Part shown: one piece after another, positions 10,520 to 19,738 of the stretch
Position numbering within the stretch: the first letter of the stretch is position 1
How the letters are laid out: each line of letters starts with the position of its first letter
NCBI GenBank assembly: GCA_031285625.1
Contig: JAITVV010000081.1
Span: forward strand, 96,001-160,000
Length of the DNA stretch: 64,000 nucleotides
Direction: 5' to 3'
DNA from: Prevotella sp.
Lineage (GTDB): Bacteria; Bacteroidota; Bacteroidia; Bacteroidales; Dysgonomonadaceae
Program-made: the position numbers and the translations under genes
Notes under the pieces: model-generated
What the model was told of the DNA's origin: nothing
Database searches by the model: none
What the model saw: only the letters and a program-made list of their open reading frames with translations

Positions 10520-11623
10520 ATGAAAACAAAACTTTATCTATTCCTAGTAGTATGCATGTGCGCATTTATATCATGTAGCAGTGACAATGATTCCACCCCA
10601 GTTACTCCAGATCCGGATGAAATGATAGAAGTATCTTTTAATATAAAAGACTATTTCACTTCGGAAGTTATTGACAAAAATACTAAAAGTACTTTACAAG
10701 AAGCAGATATTAAAGTAGTACAATACAGAGTATTGGAAGTAACAGAAGGCAAACCAATGTCTGAAAGAACCTTCAAAACAAAAAATTATGAAGTTACTAG
10801 TGGAGATCTAACAATTACAGACAAACTTCCGGCTGGTAATTACTGGATTTTCTTTATTGGCTGTACGACCGATATGCCTCTACCAGACGCAAATCTTGCA
10901 ACTGATGGAGACGAGTATTTCAATAAACTGTTAATGGTTTATCTTCCAGATTATAAGTCTCAGATATTTTCTAATTCTTTGCGTTTAAGTTTAAGTACAT
11001 CTATTGAAAAAGTAGAAGAAAGTGTCACTTTGCAGAGAAATGTAGGTAAAATAGAAGTTGTAATAGAAGATGCCCAAAATATGCCTGAAGAAGTAAAATA
11101 TCTATATCCTGTCGTAAAAAACTTCTACCCTAATATTTATCGTTTCGCTAATTACAACTCCGCCGAACCTTTAGGATATCAGTCATGGGGTACATTATAC
11201 GGAGCTCATCTTAGCGGTCAAAACCTAGCCCATGTAGTTCAAAAACCAACAGGTTTTGAAGTAGGGAATGTACCAAGAAGCGAAGTAATTCAAAATCCTC
11301 AGTACACAATGACACTCTATATGTTGCATAACGTAGACGGTGCTATTTTTAACGGACAAGATTATGCTTTAGCCGGATTTGCATATACCGAATTGTACAT
11401 ATACGGAACTGAACAAAAAGTAACTACAAGTCCTATGGGCGATTCTACTTTCCCTTATTTGTTCGAATACAAAGTAGTACCTACTGGAATAAATGTTGAA
11501 AGGAATAAGATCACCCGCCTGACCGGTAAATTATTTGAGAAAGTCACAGGTGGCGACAATGGCCGCTTCAATATATCGGTTAACAATGTATGGGATGGCA
11601 ACGTAAGTAATCCATATAAATAA
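10520..11623 (+). CDS. lipoprotein, FimB/Mfa2-like type V fimbrial subunit
   Basis: Lipobox FISC followed by acidic SSDND export signal; VTLQRNVGKIEV and VERNKITRLTG motifs, C-terminal strand ISVNNVWDG. Confidence 0.65.
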   Translation: MKTKLYLFLVVCMCAFISCSSDNDSTPVTPDPDEMIEVSFNIKDYFTSEVIDKNTKSTLQEADIKVVQYRVLEVTEGKPMSERTFKTKNYEVTSGDLTITDKLPAGNYWIFFIGCTTDMPLPDANLATDGDEYFNKLLMVYLPDYKSQIFSNSLRLSLSTSIEKVEESVTLQRNVGKIEVVIEDAQNMPEEVKYLYPVVKNFYPNIYRFANYNSAEPLGYQSWGTLYGAHLSGQNLAHVVQKPTGFEVGNVPRSEVIQNPQYTMTLYMLHNVDGAIFNGQDYALAGFAYTELYIYGTEQKVTTSPMGDSTFPYLFEYKVVPTGINVERNKITRLTGKLFEKVTGGDNGRFNISVNNVWDGNVSNPYK

Positions 11624-11642
11624 ATTATCTTAATATAATCAG

Positions 11643-11673
11643 TAAAGGAGTTGTCCAATAGGCAACTCCTTTA
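11643..11673 (+). terminator. intrinsic terminator
   Basis: TAAAGGAGTTG...CAACTCCTTTA followed by a T-rich tract. Confidence 0.75.
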
Positions 11674-11728
11674 TTCTTTTTTCCCAGGTCTATATTAAAC
11701 TTTGAGAAAACCTCCTTACTTTTGTAAT

Positions 11729-12181
11729 ATGAGAATATTAATACAAAGAGTCAGCAAAGCATCAGTAACAATAGATAACAATCTAAAATCAAATATAGCC
11801 AACGGGCTTTTAGTTTTGTTAGGCATAGAAAATAATGATAACCAGGAAGATATAGAATGGCTATGCAATAAACTCATTAATCTACGCATCTTTGACGACA
11901 AAGATGGAGTAATGAACCTTTCGGCTATGGATATCAATGCAGAAATACTCATCGTCTCTCAATTTACATTACATGCATCCACAAAAAAAGGAAATCGTCC
12001 TTCATATATCTATGCGGCAAAACCGGAAATAGCAATTCCATTATATAACGAATTCTGTAAAACTGTGGAGAAAAAGCTAGGTAAACCAGTTCAAACAGGT
12101 GAATTTGGAGCAGATATGCAAGTTGAACTAATAAACGATGGGCCTGTTACAATATGGATAGATTCTAAAGTAAAAGAATAA
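11729..12181 (+). CDS. dtd: D-aminoacyl-tRNA deacylase
   Basis: MRILIQRV, SQFTL, NDGPVT motifs; ATG at 11729. Confidence 0.96.
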   Translation: MRILIQRVSKASVTIDNNLKSNIANGLLVLLGIENNDNQEDIEWLCNKLINLRIFDDKDGVMNLSAMDINAEILIVSQFTLHASTKKGNRPSYIYAAKPEIAIPLYNEFCKTVEKKLGKPVQTGEFGADMQVELINDGPVTIWIDSKVKE

Positions 12182-12185
12182 TATT

Positions 12186-12512
12186 ATGACTATACAAGAA
12201 GCTCAACAAGAGGTAGATAATTGGATAAAGACCATAGGTGTCCGCTACTTCAGCGAACTGACAAATATGGCTATCCTTACCGAAGAAGTAGGAGAACTGG
12301 CACGTATTATGGCTCGTACATATGGTGACCAATCATTCAAGAAAAGCGATCTGGACAAAAACCTGGGAGATGAAATGGCTGATGTATTGTGGGTATTAAT
12401 CTGCCTGGCAAATCAAACAGGAATCGATCTTACAGAAGCATTCAGAAAGAACATCGAGAAGAAGACCAACAGAGATAAAAACAGACATATAAACAACGAA
12501 AAACTGAAATAA
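12186..12512 (+). CDS. MazG-like nucleotide pyrophosphohydrolase
   Basis: LTEEVGELAR and EMADVLW motifs. Confidence 0.9.
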   Translation: MTIQEAQQEVDNWIKTIGVRYFSELTNMAILTEEVGELARIMARTYGDQSFKKSDLDKNLGDEMADVLWVLICLANQTGIDLTEAFRKNIEKKTNRDKNRHINNEKLK

Positions 12513-12513
12513 G

Positions 12514-13224
12514 ATGGCAGAAACAGATAAATACAGAGATACACTGAAAAAGTATAAAACCAACATAAAGGATGCAGATATTAGTGAGAAAGTAAATGAG
12601 ATAATCAGTAAAAAATTTGTACAGAATAATAATAAAGAAGTATATAAAAGAATATATTCCTGTATAGACCTTACATCCCTCAACCCGACAGATACACGCG
12701 AAGACATCTGGAAATTAACAGAAAAAGTGAATGATTTTGACGGATCAAGCGATATAGCAAATGTAGCTGCTATCTGTGTATATCCAAACTTTGTGGAAAC
12801 AGTCAAAGAGGCTCTTACAGCAGATGTAAATATAGCTGCTGTATCAGGAGGCTTTCCATCGTCTCAAACATTTACTGAGGTAAAAATTGCAGAAACGGCC
12901 CTTGCAATAGCCAGCGGCGCAGATGAAATAGATATTGTACTCAATCTGGGATTCTTCCTCGATGAAAATTATGAAGAGCTAAGTGAAGAAATAGACGAAA
13001 TAAAGCACGCCTGCCGGGATGCAAAATTGAAAGTAATACTGGAAACAGGTGCACTAAAGACAGCATCCAATATTATGAAGGCATCTATACTCGCTTTATA
13101 CTCGGGTGCAGACTTCTTAAAAACATCAACAGGCAAAGGCTACGAAGGAGCATCATTAGAAGCTGCCTACATTATGTGTACTGCAATTAAAGAATACACC
13201 GCTAAAACAGGCCGTAAAGTAGGT
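12514..13224 (+). pseudogene. deoC: deoxyribose-phosphate aldolase, 3'-truncated
   Basis: IDLTSL, AAICVYP, GADEIDIV, LKVILETG and FLKTSTGK are present. Homology stops at GRKVG, the expected FKxAGG and C-terminus are missing, and the ORF ends with an unrelated 10-aa tail at 13257. Confidence 0.85.
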
Positions 13225-13705
13225 AGCCACTTCCGGAGACAAACTGCTGCAAGATGAAGCAATAGCAACTCTGAAAAATGAACTAATACCATATGCGCGT
13301 ATCATTACACCTAATATACCCGAGGCTGAAATCCTACTAGGAGCAAAGATTACCAGACAGGCAGACCTTCCAAATGTTATAAAAGACTTATCATGCAACC
13401 GGAAAGTTTCCGTGTTGTTAAAAGCAGGCCATTTATCAGAAGAGGAACTTACCGATGTATTCTACAATGCCGAAACAGACGAAATACTACAATTCAGGTC
13501 AAATCGTATACATACCAAGAATACCCACGGCACAGGCTGTACTTTCTCATCAGCAATAGCTGCTTTTCTGGCGCATAACCTGCCTCTGAATGAAGCTGTA
13601 GCAAAAGCAAAAGAATACATGGAGAAATCAATAGCCGCAGGTGCAGCCTATGAAATAGGAAAGGGCCATGGCCCTGTACATCATTTCTTTAACTTCTGGG
13701 AATAA
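13223..13705 (+). pseudogene. thiD: hydroxymethylpyrimidine/phosphomethylpyrimidine kinase, 5'-truncated
   Basis: Frame open from 13223: VATSGDKLL...IITPNIPEAEIL...LLKAGHL...NTHGTGCTFSSAIAA...GKGHGPVHHF. The N-terminal part is absent and TAG precedes this frame. Confidence 0.88.
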
Positions 13706-13706
13706 A

Positions 13707-13736
13707 AAAGATCGGTACATTCATGTACCGATCTTT
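13707..13736. terminator. bidirectional intrinsic terminator
   Basis: AAAGATCGGTACAT-TC-ATGTACCGATCTTT perfect stem between convergent genes. Confidence 0.8.
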
Positions 13737-13767
13737 CCATATTAGTATATAACTAATAATCAACCTA

Positions 13768-14004
13768 TTAGTTTATTTTATTGCTTGTATCAGAATTTGC
13801 TTTCTTCATTTGAGATTTGCCAAGCTTTCTTGTGTTCTTACTCTCTTTAGTTTTTTTCGTCTTCTGATCATCAGCTTTAGCCTCTTTTTTCACCTCAGTC
13901 TTTGTTTCTTTCTTCGTTTTAGAAGGAGTTACATCCTGAGCCATAACAGCGGTAGATGCCATTAATGCTACAACCATGATACCTGATAGAATAATCTTTT
14001 TCAT
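13768..14004 (-). CDS. small secreted Lys-rich protein
   Basis: Signal peptide MKKIILSGIMVVALMASTAVMA-Q followed by a low-complexity K/T/E tail. Confidence 0.7.
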   Translation of the reverse strand: MKKIILSGIMVVALMASTAVMAQDVTPSKTKKETKTEVKKEAKADDQKTKKTKESKNTRKLGKSQMKKANSDTSNKIN

Positions 14005-14159
14005 AAAATATATAATCAATTAAAATATGTGTAAATCTAATTATTGCAAATGTATATCCGATTCTGATATATACGAGTTAATACTCAGTTAAAAAATCAG
14101 TTATATCTCTAAGTTTACTAAAGAGCCTACTATACTTGAACGTTTTATAAAACAGAATA

Positions 14160-14711
14160 TTATATAGTAGCTTCCACTTTTTCTAGAAATGCCTGTCTAT
14201 CTTCATCCGAACCTTTTGAGGTTCCTACACAACTTAACCAGACAGCGTTGCGGATACCTACAGGATTAAGCATGTCCCCAATGAATCCGTTTTCTATATT
14301 ATGCTTAAAATTAGGGCTTGGATGCTCGGATGTAGTGATCACAAAAGCCTTATCTATCTTCAATAATGGATTAAATCCCCCTTCGTAATTAAAGGCAAAA
14401 TCTTTAAGCAGAACTTTATCGAAGAAACCCTTTAATATACCGGGCATTGTATTCCACCAGTTAGGAAAGATGAATATTATCTCATCAGACTTACCAATAA
14501 CCTCCTGGTATCCCAGAATAAGCGGATCAAGCGCTTTTCCCTGATTATACACCGACAGTTCCTCTTCTGAAAACACGGGATTGAACTTATCTTTATGCAA
14601 GTCTATTACCACATAAGGTTTATTTTCCTTATCATATTTAGCTGTGATAGTATCCTGAATTGCCTTGTTAAAACTACCGTGCCACGGATGGGCAAAAACG
14701 ATTGTTACCAT
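14160..14711 (-). CDS. NAD(P)H-dependent oxidoreductase (flavodoxin-2 fold)
   Basis: VFAHPWHGSFN and FPNWWNTMPGILKGFFDKV. Confidence 0.9.
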   Translation of the reverse strand: MVTIVFAHPWHGSFNKAIQDTITAKYDKENKPYVVIDLHKDKFNPVFSEEELSVYNQGKALDPLILGYQEVIGKSDEIIFIFPNWWNTMPGILKGFFDKVLLKDFAFNYEGGFNPLLKIDKAFVITTSEHPSPNFKHNIENGFIGDMLNPVGIRNAVWLSCVGTSKGSDEDRQAFLEKVEATI

Positions 14712-14729
14712 ATTGTCTCTGATTTTACT

Positions 14730-15509
14730 TTATCCTGCTACATTTACCTTAATGCCTAAATCTTTAACCCTCTCCCCTATCCTCTTCAAATCCTCAACAG
14801 AGACCTTTTCGAGGTTTTTTTCGGGAGTTTCCCTGTCGATAGTATAAATCATTACTTCACGGGGATTTGTGTCTCTGACGGCTTCTAACCATGCTGAAAC
14901 TTCTTCTTCCGTTGTGTTATCCACTATCTTCCCATTATGACTGCCTCTCACAAACATTGTTTGCATAATAAAATCACCATCAAACCGCTTAAATAAAGCT
15001 ATTTGCTTTTCTATACTATATTCCGGCGAATTAGGACGGTCTATCAGGCGGACAGTGTCGATAATAGCCGAGTCGAGCTTAAGAATATTATTATCAACTT
15101 TTTTTAAAGCATTAAATACTTTTTCTTTTCCGGCATGCATAGCATTAGATAGTACACTTATCTTAGCATCAGGATAATACTTATCCCTTAATTCAATCGT
15201 GTCATCTATTATTTCAGCAAACTGAGGATGCAATGTAGGTTCTCCATTTCCGGCAAAAGTAATGACATCGATTGGTGTATTCTCTTTCTGTAGCTGCAAT
15301 AATTTATCCTCCAGCGCAGCCTTCACATTCTCTCTGGTGGGGAGTTTTGTTTTCGTCCTGAAATTTTCATTATACCCGCATTCACAATAAATGCAGTCGA
15401 ATGAACACAACTTACCGTCATACGGAAGCAAGTTCATGCCTAAAGATGATCCTAAACGACGGCTGTGAATAGGGCCAAAAACGATTTCGTGAAACAGTAT
15501 AGTCGACAT
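14730..15509 (-). CDS. radical SAM protein (COG0731-like)
   Basis: FGPIHSRRLGSSLG, CSFDCIYC, FAGNGEPTLHP. Confidence 0.9.
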   Translation of the reverse strand: MSTILFHEIVFGPIHSRRLGSSLGMNLLPYDGKLCSFDCIYCECGYNENFRTKTKLPTRENVKAALEDKLLQLQKENTPIDVITFAGNGEPTLHPQFAEIIDDTIELRDKYYPDAKISVLSNAMHAGKEKVFNALKKVDNNILKLDSAIIDTVRLIDRPNSPEYSIEKQIALFKRFDGDFIMQTMFVRGSHNGKIVDNTTEEEVSAWLEAVRDTNPREVMIYTIDRETPEKNLEKVSVEDLKRIGERVKDLGIKVNVAG

Positions 15510-15517
15510 ATGTTATT

Positions 15518-16075
15518 TTAAAATTTTTGTAAACTTTTTCCTTTTTGCATAGCTTTCAAAACATTTTTGCGTACAGTGTGTATCGCAGGAGTCAGATCTC
15601 CTTCCATTATTTCCAAGGTAGCTTTCAGTTCCCTTGTCAATTCAGGAATAGTACGACAAAGTTCGTAAGCAATTTTCATACATAAAGATTGTACTCCCGG
15701 CAGCTCTTTAGCTGATAGCATCCGCTCTAAACAAAAGTCAAGGAAATCAACTCTCGGCGGATTACTCAGGGGCTGTTTAAATAGCAGATTAAGCATAACC
15801 CTTCGTCTTCCTCCATGCTCACAGACTAACACCTCATCTATCAATTCATCCTGCTTATTGTACAACCATTTATTATCTTGTGGAGAAAAATGAGAAAGAA
15901 TCCAGGCCGCATGATACCCCAAATAGTTATCATTATTAATCGCCAGATCATATAATTCCTGTTTTCTGCTATCATTTAAATGAATCAGAGGAAGTATTTC
16001 ATTAATATCATTCGCGGCAAAACTTACTGCCGACAGCTTCTCTTCTAAATCTATAAGATCGCAAAGTTTCTCCAT
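15518..16075 (-). CDS. hypothetical helical (HEAT-like) protein
   Basis: AAWILSH and CMKIAYELC helical motifs; likely start MEKLCD at 16075, avoiding overlap with the upstream gene. Confidence 0.6.
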   Translation of the reverse strand: MEKLCDLIDLEEKLSAVSFAANDINEILPLIHLNDSRKQELYDLAINNDNYLGYHAAWILSHFSPQDNKWLYNKQDELIDEVLVCEHGGRRRVMLNLLFKQPLSNPPRVDFLDFCLERMLSAKELPGVQSLCMKIAYELCRTIPELTRELKATLEIMEGDLTPAIHTVRKNVLKAMQKGKSLQKF

Positions 16076-16133
16076 TTCAATTAACAAAGTTACAGGCTTT
16101 TCAAATATTAGCCTCAAATATTCACTTAATTCT

Positions 16134-16790
16134 TTATAAACTATCAGCTTTATCCGAGTCACCGATTCTGGTATATATTCTTCCTTTCCACCACATGGGT
16201 TCTTCAGTATTATCCGGATCATCGAACATGAAATCAAACTCAGCTTTCAGAATGCCTTTTTTCCACATTCTGCTATCTATGCTGATCGTTCCGCTTTTAT
16301 AGCTGAAATATTGTAAACCGGAGGGCGAAACACTATTCAGTTCAATCTGTGGAATACATTCGTTATTAATTATAGATAGCTGCAAACTGGAATGAGTCGC
16401 CACATTACACAACGTGTAGCATCTCACAGTATCCCCCACCCTGTATGCAATAGCAAAATCCGTACCAGCCCACTCATAACATTGAGCCTGGCTAGATATA
16501 GAATGATAAAAATGAGTGGTATCCACAAGTTGATAATAACGGCTTAAAGAATCTTTCAGAATTCTGCCATTCATATCCCGCATATCATCTAACGCTTCAT
16601 CACACAGTCCGTCACAAACCAATTGTCCAAACTGATTTAAGAATATGTTCTCGCCATAGCTCCATTTCTGAGTGAAGGAAAAATCTCCTTGAAGATCGTC
16701 AACCCATTGAATTCTAACATTTTCGTTTCTTGTTCCACATGAAACAAAAAGAGTAAGGAGAAACAGTGTCAAGGTCGTTGTAGTTTTCAT
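16134..16790 (-). CDS. hypothetical lipoprotein
   Basis: MKTTTTLTLFLLTLFVSC lipobox; Cys-containing domain (CDGLCD). Confidence 0.7.
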   Translation of the reverse strand: MKTTTTLTLFLLTLFVSCGTRNENVRIQWVDDLQGDFSFTQKWSYGENIFLNQFGQLVCDGLCDEALDDMRDMNGRILKDSLSRYYQLVDTTHFYHSISSQAQCYEWAGTDFAIAYRVGDTVRCYTLCNVATHSSLQLSIINNECIPQIELNSVSPSGLQYFSYKSGTISIDSRMWKKGILKAEFDFMFDDPDNTEEPMWWKGRIYTRIGDSDKADSL

Positions 16791-16867
16791 ATTATAAGAA
16801 TAAAAAAGTAACACAATCCACAAGTTTGTAACTTTTATAAATATTTAATTTTCAAATAATTGTATCA

Positions 16868-16920
16868 AAAAGGTGACAAAAGTAACAGTTTTATATATGT
16901 TTTAGTAATGTAACCTTTTT
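16868..16920. repeat. ~50-bp dispersed imperfect palindromic repeat (copy 1)
   Basis: AAAAGGTGACAAAAGTAACA...TGTAACCTTTTT; the first 20 bp are identical to 59569-59588. Confidence 0.7.
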
Positions 16921-17106
16921 ACAGTCTGATCGCTTTATATAGATAAATATTCACATTTATCTTGGAATGCAAAGATACTCAGAATAGCTCTTTAAAAACG
17001 AATTTACTATGTTGAATACTTATATTTGATCTTTATTAAAGATAGCAAATTTGGAAAAGTAATTCCATAATACGATACATATTTTTGTAATGAAATAGTG
17101 ATAGAC

Positions 17107-17964
17107 ATGGAACGAAAAACAAGCACAAAGGAAGATTATGCCAAACGTATCAATATAGTTATTGAATATATTGGTAATCATCTGAACAATGAAATGGATC
17201 TGAAAGAACTGGCTGAGATATCTAATTTTTCGGAATATCATTTCCACAGGATATTCAAGGCTATAATTGGTGAATCTATTGGCGCATTTGTTGTAAGAAT
17301 GCGCGTTGAGACTGCAGCCCGACTATTGAGATACACTACCCTTTCTGTTCAGGATATTGCATATAGTGTGGGGTATGGTGCACCATCCTCCCTTACTAAG
17401 GTTTTTCGTCAGTTCTATAATATTTCACCAACAGATTACAGAAACAATAAAAGTTATAGAATTATGAAACCATTACAAACAAGTTCCGATATTAAACTAA
17501 AAGATCCCAAAGTAGTAGAACTAGAACCCAAGAAGGCAATATATGTACGTCTGCAGGGCAACTATCAGACAATTGATTATGGAGGGGCATTTAATAAATT
17601 ATGGTCTTTTGTAAAAGAGAATAAATTATTCACGGCAGGTATTGAGCACCTTACTATGGGGCATGATGATCCACATGTAACAGACTCTGACAAGCTTATT
17701 ACAGATGTTTGCCTTGTAATTCATAAAGATGTTTCACCCAAAGGTGAAATAGGTGTGCGGGACGTTGCAGGAGGCAAATTCCTGGTCTTCACCTATGTGG
17801 GTCCTTATGATAATCTGTTCAATGTATTCGATACTATTTACAGATGGATACCCGAGAATGGATACGAATTGCGTATGGAACAAGGATTTGAAAAATATTT
17901 GAATCACCCGGGCAAGACAACTCCGGATAAACTGAAAACGGAGATTTATATTCCGATAATATAA
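17107..17964 (+). CDS. AraC family regulator with C-terminal GyrI-like effector domain
   Basis: FSEYHFHRIFK and IAYSVGY HTH motifs; C-terminal GPYDNL and FEKYLNHP...LKTEIYIP. Confidence 0.92.
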   Translation: MERKTSTKEDYAKRINIVIEYIGNHLNNEMDLKELAEISNFSEYHFHRIFKAIIGESIGAFVVRMRVETAARLLRYTTLSVQDIAYSVGYGAPSSLTKVFRQFYNISPTDYRNNKSYRIMKPLQTSSDIKLKDPKVVELEPKKAIYVRLQGNYQTIDYGGAFNKLWSFVKENKLFTAGIEHLTMGHDDPHVTDSDKLITDVCLVIHKDVSPKGEIGVRDVAGGKFLVFTYVGPYDNLFNVFDTIYRWIPENGYELRMEQGFEKYLNHPGKTTPDKLKTEIYIPII

Positions 17965-18057
17965 AGGCATTCTCAAATATTGATTTCTGCAGATTATCGC
18001 AACCTACAGAAATCATTTGAAGACAACAATTGTAAAGACAAGTGTTTAGAAAACCTG

Positions 18058-18082
18058 GCAGTCCTGTCTGTATCAGGACTGC
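18058..18082. terminator. hairpin/terminator between convergent genes
   Basis: GCAGTCCTG-N7-CAGGACTGC perfect stem. Confidence 0.6.
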
Positions 18083-18105
18083 TGTTAGATAAGAGGTTTT
18101 ATTTT

Positions 18106-19416
18106 TTATTTCATATCCAGATATCCTTTTTCAGACATTTCTGGTCTCTCTATTTTTTCAGATTTTATACGTGAATCAGGAGTGGCTGTAGATGCAGATC
18201 TGGTTATAGGATATTTAGATAAATCGGCTGAATTATCTTTTACGCATCTTACACTTAGTTGCTCAATATATTCTGTTGGAAACCAGCGTGCCATCCGGGA
18301 TACATCATGAAGTATTGCCGGAGTATAGGTCATTCCGGTGTTCTTATCATAATCTTGTCCATCATATATGGGTTCATCCCTGTCAGACAGCCAGAATTGA
18401 CCCCACTCACCAACTAGGATAGGCAAAACGTCAACATTGGGAGTCTGCCCATTGGTTTCACTTATAAATCCCAGAGAGCCTATAAGGCTGAGGTTAAAGC
18501 CTCCTTGTTGGGGTGTTCGTCCACGCCCATTAGGTGTTTCTCCCATAGGCTGTACATTATAACTTGAATTTTCGCCTATATTACTATGTGCATATTTACA
18601 TGGATTTGCTTCTATTTCGGCTCTTAAAAGCAAATATTCCGGTGTAGAAGGAACATGCCACCCATCAGGACAAATACCCTGAGAACCTCTCAGTTCTGAC
18701 ATAAATTCAGGTAAATCTGCTTGTTTAACTCCTATAGCAGCATAAAAACTATACATATGGCCATGACGCGCAACAGCGGCCGGGTCTCCCATAGCAGGAT
18801 AATACTGTTGTCTTCCGTGACGCCTACTAGTACCATTCTCATCAGTGTATACCATATCACCTGTAGGGAATCCATAGACCAAGCCATCGGTAGTACCGTC
18901 AGGCCACCTGTCTGCCCTGAGGTTCTCGAGCATCCACCATCCACCATCTCCAAATTTTCCAATCTGATAGCGTTCCGGCTTGGCAGGATTTCGACCATCG
19001 ATAAGTATATCAACCTCAGCAGGAAACCGCCCTTTACCTACCGGCTCCCATTTTGCACCATTCCAAACCCTTACGCCGGGATAGATATCTGCACAAAAGT
19101 CTACACTCGTATTATATACCGTAAGCCCGGTATGAATAGCATCTTCCGTATCTTTCTTGTTGGCTGTATTGTTCTCATAATCGGTATCCCCTAAAAACAT
19201 AGGATATAAATTTGACATATCTGTTAAATTAACGCGGGGGAGCATCATTCCTTTGGTTGCAGTAGTATTGTCATTTGCAGTATATTCTTTTATATCCAAA
19301 AGTGTGCCTGCATTAGGTACTATATTAGAACCTATCGTAACCTGAGCATTCAGTTCCAATTGCATAAATAATATTATAGCAATTGCAAACAGCTTTAAAA
19401 AGAATCTTGTTTTCAT
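18106..19416 (-). CDS. secreted FISUMP (Fibrobacter succinogenes major paralogous) domain protein
   Basis: Signal peptide, QVTIGS...LLDIKE...GMMLPRV N-domain; WMLENLR, QGICPDGWHVPS and LSVRCVKD FISUMP motifs. Confidence 0.8.
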   Translation of the reverse strand: MKTRFFLKLFAIAIILFMQLELNAQVTIGSNIVPNAGTLLDIKEYTANDNTTATKGMMLPRVNLTDMSNLYPMFLGDTDYENNTANKKDTEDAIHTGLTVYNTSVDFCADIYPGVRVWNGAKWEPVGKGRFPAEVDILIDGRNPAKPERYQIGKFGDGGWWMLENLRADRWPDGTTDGLVYGFPTGDMVYTDENGTSRRHGRQQYYPAMGDPAAVARHGHMYSFYAAIGVKQADLPEFMSELRGSQGICPDGWHVPSTPEYLLLRAEIEANPCKYAHSNIGENSSYNVQPMGETPNGRGRTPQQGGFNLSLIGSLGFISETNGQTPNVDVLPILVGEWGQFWLSDRDEPIYDGQDYDKNTGMTYTPAILHDVSRMARWFPTEYIEQLSVRCVKDNSADLSKYPITRSASTATPDSRIKSEKIERPEMSEKGYLDMK

Positions 19417-19674
19417 TTTTAAGTTTTATATTTGTGTACGTTGCCTATTTAAAAAATTGAACTGTTGGGGGCTAGTTCAACCGCATGCAAATGTAAGCCT
19501 CAACCAAATAGTAGGATTCTCAAATCTGCAATTTAGAATATCAATTCAGCAATAATTAAAATTCCCATATTTGCAAAATATTAATAATGAGTAATTTGCA
19601 AACATGGGACTCTATAAAACCTTAAATAAAATACGTAAATGGAGTTTCTTAAATGTTAAATTACAATAGTTAAA

Positions 19675-19703
19675 ATAAAAAAGCCTGCTCAATAAAGCAG
19701 GCT
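19675..19703 (-). terminator. intrinsic terminator of the polyprenyl synthetase gene
   Basis: AGCCTGCT-N6-AGCAGGCT preceded by an A-run (U-tract on the minus strand). Confidence 0.75.
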
Positions 19704-19738
19704 CTAATTATTATTATTTCTTGAATAATCTTCAGATA

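Noticed and set aside
13222-13705. Programmed frameshift producing a DeoC-ThiD fusion
   Set aside because: Both halves lack essential parts of their folds and there is no slippery sequence; a deletion or misjoin is simpler.
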